Positions 34,959 through 41,895 of a stretch of DNA of 46,119 bases are shown piece by piece. Made by a program: the position numbers and the translations under genes. This DNA comes from an uncultured Pyrinomonadaceae bacterium (GTDB lineage: Bacteria > Acidobacteriota > Blastocatellia > Pyrinomonadales > Pyrinomonadaceae). Numbering within the stretch: position 1 is the stretch's first letter; the number at the start of each line of letters is the position of its first letter. Location of the stretch: positions 33,418 through 79,536 of the forward strand of contig CAXTMQ010000001.1 in NCBI GenBank assembly GCA_964245305.1, in the 5' to 3' direction. The notes under the pieces were generated by a model. It worked only from the letters and a program-made list of their open reading frames with translations. It was not told where the DNA came from and made no database searches.

Positions 34959-35130
34959 ACACGGTTTTTCCGACGAATTCGCCGGTCTTTTCGTCTCTTT
35001 TGACGACAAAGACTTCCCATTCGCCGTTGAGAAAACGATTGAATGCCGCTTGTTTCCTTTCTAAAATGTAATCTTTAGCTTTCGAGCAGCATCGCTTCGC
35101 GGCTTCGATTTTTTCAGCTAACGTCATCAT
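34936..35130 (-). CDS. small Cys-pair protein partly derived from an ArsI-like C-terminus
   Basis: 64 aa. NGEWEVFVVKRDE parallels ArsI DGNEWEVFVVKEDN (about 72% nt identity over 29 nt by my count). Two vicinal Cys pairs (RCCSK, VCCAS). May be a relic. Confidence 0.4.
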   Translation of the reverse strand: MMTLAEKIEAAKRCCSKAKDYILERKQAAFNRFLNGEWEVFVVKRDEKTGEFVGKTVCCASSLE

Positions 35131-35161
35131 CTCTTTTGCTCCCGCTGAAATATAATTTTAT

Positions 35162-35725
35162 TCAGCAGCAATTCGTAACGCCGGATTGATTTTTGTTTGC
35201 AATTTCGACCGGCGCGGGCGCGCAACACGAATTCGCATTCGATTGATTTTGCGCTTCGACGATTTCCGGCGCGGCGCAAGATGTATCGCCTTGCTCGTCG
35301 GTTACGCGGCGCATTTCGGTTTCCGGCAGATTGTCTTCTTTCACGACGAACACTTCCCACTCGTTGCCGTCCGGGTCGCGCACCCAAGTTTTGTCCTGAA
35401 TTGCGTAGCAGCAATTCGTATCCATCTCATCGCGCGTCAAAAGTCCGCGCTCGTGCCACTGCTCGCGCATCGCCAGCACGTCTGCGGTCGAAGCGACTTG
35501 AATGCCCAGATGCGACAACGCACCGCGCTCGCCGAACGTCACTTGATTAAGCGTAAAATTGAGCGGCGGATTCTCAACGTCGAATTTCGCATATCCGGCT
35601 CTGACTTTGCTCGGTTCGATTCCCAACATCTTTTTGTAAAACTCAATGCTCGTGTCCACATTTTTTACATTCAAAGCCAAATGCGCTTTCAAAGTATTTA
35701 TTTTTTTAGTAGTTTCCGTATTCAT
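35162..35725 (-). CDS. arsI: ArsI/CadI-family VOC metalloenzyme (C-As lyase-like) with Cys-rich tail
   Basis: LNVKNVDTSIEFYKKMLG...HLGIQV...DTNCCYAIQDKTWVRDPDGNEWEVFVV (vicinal Cys pair). Tail: ..SCAAPE..NSCCAPAP..TNCC. Confidence 0.85.
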   Translation of the reverse strand: MNTETTKKINTLKAHLALNVKNVDTSIEFYKKMLGIEPSKVRAGYAKFDVENPPLNFTLNQVTFGERGALSHLGIQVASTADVLAMREQWHERGLLTRDEMDTNCCYAIQDKTWVRDPDGNEWEVFVVKEDNLPETEMRRVTDEQGDTSCAAPEIVEAQNQSNANSCCAPAPVEIANKNQSGVTNCC

Positions 35726-35767
35726 AGTTTTTAGTCTCCCTTTGCAAATTTCATTTACGTCTATGCG

Positions 35768-35816
35768 TATATGTTAAGACAAGCCTACTCTCGAAAAACA
35801 TATATGTCAAGACATA
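35768..35816. promoter_or_regulatory. two ArsR-operator-like sites in the arsI/arsR divergent spacer
   Basis: Perfect palindrome TATGTC-AA-GACATA at 35803-35816. Imperfect copy TATATGTTAAGACAA at 35768-35782. Confidence 0.55.
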
Positions 35817-35825
35817 ATTATTTTG

Positions 35826-35834
35826 TGCTATAAT
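35826..35834 (+). promoter_or_regulatory. extended -10 box TGcTATAAT for arsR
   Basis: TGCTATAAT ends 9 nt before ATG 35844, which implies a leaderless or near-leaderless arsR mRNA. Confidence 0.5.
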
Positions 35835-35843
35835 AATTTTGCG

Positions 35844-36245
35844 ATGGACAAAAAAGAGAATTTTAACTTGGAGCTATTTTTTGCAGCTCTGGCTGATCGG
35901 ACTCGCCTGCGCTTGCTGAATTTGATCGGCGACGATGAAATTTGCGTGTGTTATTTTCCCGAAGTCATCGGCACAAACCAGCCGAAGATTTCGCGGCATC
36001 TCGCTTATTTAAAGCGAGCCGGATTGGTTTCCGCCAGACGCGACGGCAAGTGGATGCACTATCAAATTACAGATCCGAAAAACAAACGAGTTGCGGAAGT
36101 TTTCGGTAAAATCAGAGAAATGCTTAAAGAAGACAAACAAATGCAGGCTGACCGGAAAAAACTGCTGAATGTTTGCTTCGCGCCCGCGACGCAGCAGCCT
36201 GTCAATATTCAGCGCGCGCCGCGCCCGCGCGTTGTTTCCGCTTGA
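35844..36245 (+). CDS. arsR: ArsR/SmtB family metalloregulator
   Basis: LFFAALADRTRLRLLNLIGDDEICVCYFPEVIGTNQPKISRHLAYLKRAGLV (CVC metalloid site in the HTH region). Confidence 0.9.
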   Translation: MDKKENFNLELFFAALADRTRLRLLNLIGDDEICVCYFPEVIGTNQPKISRHLAYLKRAGLVSARRDGKWMHYQITDPKNKRVAEVFGKIREMLKEDKQMQADRKKLLNVCFAPATQQPVNIQRAPRPRVVSA

Positions 36246-36258
36246 ACTTATTTTTGCT

Positions 36259-36309
36259 GAAAATCAAGGCGGAGAAAATTGACGCGAATTTTGAAGATTG
36301 GAATTTTAA
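36259..36309 (+). repeat. decayed copy 3 of the MocR 3'-end repeat
   Basis: Keeps AAATCAAGGCG, an exact 16-mer TGACGCGAATTTTGAA shared with copy 2 (31946-31961), and the end ATTTTAA. Small indels break the frame. Confidence 0.6.
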
Positions 36310-36314
36310 GCGGG

Positions 36315-36347
36315 AAAAAGGCTGTCGCGGTTTTGCACAGCCTTTTT
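36315..36347. terminator. bidirectional rho-independent terminator
   Basis: AAAAAGGCTGT-cgcggttttgc-ACAGCCTTTTT between convergent arsR and 36455..36895. Confidence 0.7.
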
Positions 36348-36454
36348 AAGTTTATACTTGATTTTTGAAAATTCCGTTTTAGCCCCGGCTTTGCGCTTTT
36401 TTTAAGCCTTCGACGAACCTCGGAATTTCCGATTGGAGTCGGACGAAATTATAA

Positions 36455-36895
36455 TTAGTTTGCCGCACCTGTTACTTTCGCGCTCTCTGCTGTCGCTTTC
36501 GTGCGCTCACGAACGTCTGCCAGCCTTTGTTCGGCATCGGGCAGGCGCATCACCAGTTTTTCGAGATTGGCGAGAAGCTGCGGGTTTTTAATCATCGTCC
36601 GCATCTCCGCGAGATACGGTTCGACTTTGGCGAAGACCGCGATATGCTCGACGTTCGCGTCCGTGAACATCTGTTCGTCTATCGTCTCGTGATTGACGAA
36701 CGATGCCGCCATATCCCAATAAGTTGCGACCATTCGGAATTTTGCATCGTCTTCTCCGCTCAAAGTGTCAACAATGTCCTGCAATGAATTCGGGTTATAG
36801 GCGGCGAACCAAGCCCGCGCTTGCCGCATAGTTTCGTCGCGCCGCAGCTCGTATAATTTCATAATTCCGTTCATACTCTCAATTTTAGCGTTCAT
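36455..36895 (-). CDS. conserved hypothetical protein, paralogue of 42951..43391
   Basis: LYELRRDETMRQAR...FRMVATYWDMAASFVNHETIDEQMF. About 60% identical to the paralogue over the first 100 aa, by eye. Confidence 0.7.
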   Translation of the reverse strand: MNAKIESMNGIMKLYELRRDETMRQARAWFAAYNPNSLQDIVDTLSGEDDAKFRMVATYWDMAASFVNHETIDEQMFTDANVEHIAVFAKVEPYLAEMRTMIKNPQLLANLEKLVMRLPDAEQRLADVRERTKATAESAKVTGAAN

Positions 36896-36998
36896 ATTCG
36901 GTCTCCATATTAAGAAAAAATTTGTGATAACCTTCGCCCAAAAGTGCCGAAGGTCATTTGTGCGCCGCTCGACTTGATCGGCACAGTGAGCAACAAAC

Positions 36999-37244
36999 CT
37001 AAGCTGATTTTTGTTTCTTCAAACCTTCCACAAATCTCGGATTTTCCGATTGCAGACCGACGTAATCGAGCGTTCTGACGGAAACATTTTCCGGCGACGT
37101 TTCGTGCAGAAAAACGAGAATTTCCGAACCACCGGCGACGATTCCGTTGTAGCCCTCGTCAACCGCGGCACTGACTTTTTCCAACATTTTCCGTTTGGCA
37201 TTCGAGGCGATTCCGGTTGGGGCTTCGATAGTTATAACTGGCAT
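36999..37244 (-). CDS. 4-oxalocrotonate-tautomerase-family protein
   Basis: MPVITIEAPTG (Pro-1)...KRKMLEKVSAAVDEGY...ILVFLHETSPENVSV. AAGGAG Shine-Dalgarno sequence upstream. Confidence 0.7.
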   Translation of the reverse strand: MPVITIEAPTGIASNAKRKMLEKVSAAVDEGYNGIVAGGSEILVFLHETSPENVSVRTLDYVGLQSENPRFVEGLKKQKSA

Positions 37245-37290
37245 TTTTTATCTCCTTGCAAAAATAATTTTGATTCGTGATTTTTATCAC

Positions 37291-37330
37291 TCTTCGATTA
37301 CAAAACGAACGGAAAGCGAAGAAGGATACG
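37291..37330 (-). promoter_or_regulatory. bipartite promoter-like motif CGTATCC-N16-CGTTTTGTAATCGA upstream of the tautomerase gene
   Basis: Same motif and spacing as 38296-38334. About 45 nt of leader with a Shine-Dalgarno sequence follows. Confidence 0.6.
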
Positions 37331-37383
37331 GCTCTCGGCGGGATAATTCGCAAATAAATGCCGGTTCGATGTAATCAGGCGGC

Positions 37384-38286
37384 TTATTCGGCGGAAATTT
37401 TCGCGTCTTTTATCACGTAACTCGCATAACGATAATCGCGGATGTTTGTAACTTTATTTTCCTTCGTTTCGAGCGTAATAAAATAATAAGGCTCAGGTGA
37501 TTCATCCTGCGGATTATAAACGAGAATCGCCGGATTGTTTTCGACCGTGCCGACGGCGAATCGCCAATCGGTTTTCGCGTTATACTTGCGAAAATAGTTG
37601 TTTCTGATTTCCGCCGCGCCCGTTTGTTTCAAGCGACCGACCAAATCAAGCCGCACTTCGTCCGCCAGCAACTCGCGCACGCCGTCAAAATCGCGCTGAT
37701 TGAACAGCTCAACGTAACGATTCAATAACTCTCTTTTTTCTTCGCTGAAAATTGGTTTGATTTCTGCTTGGGCGGATTCGGCGAGTTCTCTTAAGCGTGT
37801 TCGCCCGCGATGCAGCACGGCTTTTATTTCGGGAACGGTTGCGTTAAGAATTTCAGAAATTTCGGCAAGCGAGTAGCCTAAAACGTCCTTGAGAATCACC
37901 GCGCTGCGCTGGCGCACGGCGAGTTCGAGAAAAACCGACAAAGCGATTGCGGCGAGTTCTTTTTTCTCAAGCGGAAAATCCGGTTCCGCGACGGGCGGAA
38001 ATTCGTCCACCTGTTCAAACGCTTGATTTTTCCGTCCGCGCAAAAAGTCAATCGCTTTATTGTGCGCGATGCGGAACAGCCAGCCGCGCAGATTCGCCTC
38101 CGGCGCGAGCGTCGGCAGCGCGTAATAAGCCTTCGCCAGAGTTTCCTGCACGACATCTTCGTTGTCAACGACCGACCCGACCATCCGCGCGACGTAGCGA
38201 TGAAGTTCGGGACGAACGTCTTTGATTAATTCCTCAAATTCGGCGCGGGCTTGAAGCAAAACCGGCGAAATCACTTGCTCATTCAT
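37384..38286 (-). CDS. ECF sigma factor with fused C-terminal NTF2/SnoaL-like domain
   Basis: Region 2: ELHRYVARMVGSVVDNEDVVQETLAKAY...WLFRIAHNKAIDFLR. Region 4: QRSAVILKDVLGYSLAEISEILNATVPEIKAVLHRGR. About 120-aa extension (LLNRYVELFNQRDFDGVRELLADEV). Confidence 0.85.
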   Translation of the reverse strand: MNEQVISPVLLQARAEFEELIKDVRPELHRYVARMVGSVVDNEDVVQETLAKAYYALPTLAPEANLRGWLFRIAHNKAIDFLRGRKNQAFEQVDEFPPVAEPDFPLEKKELAAIALSVFLELAVRQRSAVILKDVLGYSLAEISEILNATVPEIKAVLHRGRTRLRELAESAQAEIKPIFSEEKRELLNRYVELFNQRDFDGVRELLADEVRLDLVGRLKQTGAAEIRNNYFRKYNAKTDWRFAVGTVENNPAILVYNPQDESPEPYYFITLETKENKVTNIRDYRYASYVIKDAKISAE

Positions 38287-38295
38287 AATCTTTAG

Positions 38296-38334
38296 TCTCG
38301 ATTATAAAACGAGCGGTCAATCGAAAAGGATACG
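38296..38334 (-). promoter_or_regulatory. bipartite promoter-like motif CGTATCC-N16-CGTTTTATAATCGA upstream of the ECF sigma gene
   Basis: Ends 9 nt before ATG 38286. Confidence 0.6.
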
Positions 38335-38460
38335 TTTTGAACTGAAAATTTTCCGGCATTATCATTCAATTATCGTGCGGTCGTTTCGTAATACAGCTTC
38401 GTCCCGTTCACTTTTGCCGTTCCGCTTTTCATAACTTGCGATTAAATAGAATTCTTAGCT

Positions 38461-38994
38461 TTATTCATTCGCTGTTTGCGTCAAAGATGCGATCAATAAT
38501 TTCAACGCTTCGACCGTCGCAGCGTCCGTTATTTCGCCGTTCGCGCTTATTTTCGTGCGAGCGTGCGAGATGTGCAGCGCGGCGTTTTCGCCGATTCTCG
38601 CTTCCAAAGTTTTGAGCGTCAGCAGCAAAGATTCGTGCGCCTTCTCGCCCAAACCGGAAGCAGTAATTAAAGCCGTCGGCTTATTGATAAACACGCCGCT
38701 CGAAACCGTCCAGTCAATCGCGTTTTTCAACGCGCCCGGAACGGCGTAAACATATTCCGGCGTGCAAATCAAAACGCCGTCCGCCTCTTTGATTCGCGTT
38801 CGTAAATCGACGACTTCGGCAGGCGGCATCGCGCCTTCGCCGTCTAAATCGGGATTAAACGCGGGCAATCTTGACAATCCTTGATAAACCGAGATTTTTA
38901 GAGAATTAGCAGCGATTTTTGCAGCGTATTTAATAATTTTCAGATTCGTCGATTCAGCCCGCAAGCTGCCGCAAATTGCCAGGATATTTTTCAT
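38461..38994 (-). CDS. NADPH-dependent FMN reductase
   Basis: MKNILAICGSLRAESTN...LICTPEYVYAVPGALKNAIDW. Confidence 0.85.
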   Translation of the reverse strand: MKNILAICGSLRAESTNLKIIKYAAKIAANSLKISVYQGLSRLPAFNPDLDGEGAMPPAEVVDLRTRIKEADGVLICTPEYVYAVPGALKNAIDWTVSSGVFINKPTALITASGLGEKAHESLLLTLKTLEARIGENAALHISHARTKISANGEITDAATVEALKLLIASLTQTANE

Positions 38995-39015
38995 TCGTGT
39001 TTCGGCTTTCTCTAA

Positions 39016-39969
39016 TCAATCTTCGATTTTCAAAACGCTTTGCCTTCGACGATTAACCGTTAACTGCAAAACGTCGGGACGCGAATAATGCCCGACCGGA
39101 TCGAAGTTTTGCCGTTCTTCGCGCACTCTGCGGTGGTCAATTTCCGCCGTTAAAAGTTTTTCTTCAGTGCAGAACGGCTCGATAATCCATTCGCCGTCCC
39201 GCGCAACGAGACAAGTTCCGCCGTTGTATAAAACTTCCGGCGCGTTTTCTAAAATTTTGTCGAGATGGGGAGTCTCTGCGGGAAAATCCTCTTTACGCAT
39301 CGTGCAGCAGACGGACGCGGCAAACGAGCGCGATTCTTTGGCAATAAAGCGCGTCAGTTCGGCTGTGTTGTGAACGCCGCCCGGAAAAACGCAGACGTGA
39401 AAATCTTCGCCCTGCCCGTAAAGCGCGGCACGAACCAGCGGATTCCAGTTTTCCCAACAGTTCAAACCGCCGACGGTAAAAGCGTTAAGAGCGTGAACGC
39501 GCAAACCATTTCCGTCCCCGATGCCCCAGACGAGCCGTTCTTCATAAGTCGGAATCACTTTGCGATGCACAGATTTGATTTCACCGTTTCGGTCAATAAA
39601 AACGAGCGAGCAGTAAAGGCTTTCGCCCCGCTCGGCGGGTTTTTCAACGATGCCGACATACACGGCAATCTTTCTGTCTCTCGCCAACTCGCAAAAAGCC
39701 CGCAAATCGCCGCGTTCGATGACCACCGCTTGATTCGAGTATTCGGCGAAAAATTCTTTTTGCACGGGTGAATTAAAACGCGCTCCGTCAGTTAGTTCAA
39801 CCCAGTAAGGATAGCCGCCAACCGCTGCTTCGCCGCCGAGAACGACGATTTCGCAATTTTCTTTCGCCGCGTCTTCGGCGTATTTTACGGCTTTCTCAAT
39901 CGTCTTTTGGCGATTTAACCAGACGGGCGCAAACTGCGCGAGTCCGACTTTTAATGTTTGTTTTTCCAT
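39016..39969 (-). CDS. nitrilase / carbon-nitrogen hydrolase family enzyme
   Basis: Glu-Lys-Cys triad context: VVLGGEA, HRKVIPTYEER, GGLNCWENWNP. Confidence 0.85.
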   Translation of the reverse strand: MEKQTLKVGLAQFAPVWLNRQKTIEKAVKYAEDAAKENCEIVVLGGEAAVGGYPYWVELTDGARFNSPVQKEFFAEYSNQAVVIERGDLRAFCELARDRKIAVYVGIVEKPAERGESLYCSLVFIDRNGEIKSVHRKVIPTYEERLVWGIGDGNGLRVHALNAFTVGGLNCWENWNPLVRAALYGQGEDFHVCVFPGGVHNTAELTRFIAKESRSFAASVCCTMRKEDFPAETPHLDKILENAPEVLYNGGTCLVARDGEWIIEPFCTEEKLLTAEIDHRRVREERQNFDPVGHYSRPDVLQLTVNRRRQSVLKIED

Positions 39970-39978
39970 AAATGCAAT

Positions 39979-40470
39979 TTAATTGCCGGTTCGGGGCGAT
40001 TTGATAACGGTCGCCGCCTGCCGAATCGCGCCGAGATGATACGCCGTGTGAGCAAGCACGCCCAAAGCTCCGCCGATGCCGTATTCGTTTTCCCAAGAAT
40101 CGTAATTTTTTATCGTTTCGACTGTTCGCCCGTAGCTTTCGGCGAGCCTTTCTTTGCTCGCTTCCCACTCTTCGGGCGAAACTTCGCCGACGGTTTCCCA
40201 AATCTCGCGCCAGTTTGTTTTCACAACCGTTCGGGCGCGCATCATCTCGCCCAAAACGTCGAGATACAGCCGCGCGTGTTCGACGTGCGCCGCAATCGTC
40301 GCGCCGTTTGCGGCAGCCGTACGCGACGCTTCTTCGGCGGAAATACTGTCCAAAGTCGGCAAAAGCGAATTGCCTTTATCCAGATAAATTCCGTGATGCC
40401 GCTCGAACGTTTCTTCCAAACTGTCGAGCAATTCTTTTTTAAACAGGTCAAGCGAAATTTGTTGGTTCAT
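39979..40470 (-). CDS. DinB-superfamily-like protein
   Basis: IAAHVEHARLYLDVL and LAHTAYHLGAIRQ helices. 163 aa. Confidence 0.55.
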   Translation of the reverse strand: MNQQISLDLFKKELLDSLEETFERHHGIYLDKGNSLLPTLDSISAEEASRTAAANGATIAAHVEHARLYLDVLGEMMRARTVVKTNWREIWETVGEVSPEEWEASKERLAESYGRTVETIKNYDSWENEYGIGGALGVLAHTAYHLGAIRQAATVIKSPRTGN

Positions 40471-40500
40471 AAATTTTCCTCTCGTAATGACGTTTGAAAA

Positions 40501-41892
40501 TCACTCGGCAACGCATCGCCGCATCGCGTCCCAAGCGATTTCAATATCCGTTTCCGTCGTCCTCCAATTACATAAAGCGGCGCGGATTCCGGCTCTGTTT
40601 CGATAAACGGTCGGCGTCATAAAAACTTTGCCGTCGTCGGTCAGTCGCGCAAGAAAGTTGCCGACATCGGTCGAGGACGCTTCGCCTTTATTTGATTTGA
40701 GCGCAAAGCAGACAACATTGAAATTTGTCGGCGACAATAATTCAAAATGCTCGGACGCTTGGATTTTTTCCGCCAGCAGTTTTGCCATTGCACAATTTCT
40801 TTCGACAATTTCGCGGTAGCCGTCTTTGCCGTAAGCGTTCAGCGTGAACCAAGCGGTCAAAGCCCGCAGTCTTCTCGAAGTCTCCGGCGTGTGATTCATA
40901 TAATCGGTCATTGCACCGTGGTCGCCGAGGTATGCGGCGTTGCTGTTCTGGAAAACCGATTTTTGCAAATGTTTATGTTTCGTAAATTGAATCGCCGAAT
41001 CATACGGCACGTTCAGCCATTTGTGCGCGTCAACCGCGATTGAGTCAGCCACATCTATTCCCTCGACCAGATGCGCGAATTTCGGCGAGCAAGCCGCGAA
41101 CAGACCGAAAGCGGCATCAACGTGTAGCCAGAAATCGTATTTCTTTTTCAAGTCACCGATTGCCGTCAAATCGTCGAACGAAGTGCTGTTCACTGTTCCG
41201 GCGTTCGCTACGACAATGCAGTTTTCGCCACTGTTTTTCCGCAACTCATTTTCGAGCGCGGCAATATCGCAAGCCTCCGTACCGGGCAGGCACGCAACCT
41301 GTATGACGCTTCCGCGTCCCATACCGAGCATAGATAATGCTTTGTAATTGCTTGAGTGCGCCGCGCCGCAAAACACTTTCATAGGCGCAAGCTGATAAAG
41401 TCCTTCGACGGCGACATCAACTCCGCGCTTGTTTGCAATCCACTGTCTCGCAACGGCGAGTCCGACGAAATTCGACATCGTTGCCCCGGAAACGAACGAG
41501 CCGAAATAAGCGTCTGAAAGTCCGAATAATTGGCGCAGCAGGTGAACCGTTTCGTCTTCCAAATGAACCGTGATGCCTTCGCCGTTATCCTGGTCAAACG
41601 CGCTCGTCAGCCAGTCTCCGACGAGCGCGGCGGGAGTCGCGCCGCCGACGACATAGCCGAAAGAACGCGCTCCGCCGCTCGCCGTTAAACCCGACGAATA
41701 ACGTTCTCTGAATAGTGAAAGAGCTTCGAGTGTGCCGACGCTTTCGGTCGGAAGATTTAACAGCGGGTAAGATTCGGCATCTTGTGAAACGGGTCGCGCG
41801 TCTATGCCTTGCAGATAATCAACGGATTCGCCTAACGCCGCCTGGAGCAGCGTTTCGACGTTTGCCAAATCAGATTTTAGATGTTGATTCAT
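40501..41892 (-). CDS. group II pyridoxal-dependent (aromatic amino acid-type) decarboxylase
   Basis: SGATMSNFVGLAVAR and SIAVDAHKWLNVPYDSA (PLP Lys). Confidence 0.9.
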   Translation of the reverse strand: MNQHLKSDLANVETLLQAALGESVDYLQGIDARPVSQDAESYPLLNLPTESVGTLEALSLFRERYSSGLTASGGARSFGYVVGGATPAALVGDWLTSAFDQDNGEGITVHLEDETVHLLRQLFGLSDAYFGSFVSGATMSNFVGLAVARQWIANKRGVDVAVEGLYQLAPMKVFCGAAHSSNYKALSMLGMGRGSVIQVACLPGTEACDIAALENELRKNSGENCIVVANAGTVNSTSFDDLTAIGDLKKKYDFWLHVDAAFGLFAACSPKFAHLVEGIDVADSIAVDAHKWLNVPYDSAIQFTKHKHLQKSVFQNSNAAYLGDHGAMTDYMNHTPETSRRLRALTAWFTLNAYGKDGYREIVERNCAMAKLLAEKIQASEHFELLSPTNFNVVCFALKSNKGEASSTDVGNFLARLTDDGKVFMTPTVYRNRAGIRAALCNWRTTETDIEIAWDAMRRCVAE

Positions 41893-41895
41893 AAT

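Noticed and set aside
38296-38334. Reading the CGTTTTATAATCGA box simply as a housekeeping TATAAT -10.
   Set aside because: This is not fully excluded. However, there is no TTGACA-like hexamer 17 nt upstream, and the conserved CGTATCC box at an exact 16-nt spacing in both copies fits an ECF-type bipartite promoter better.
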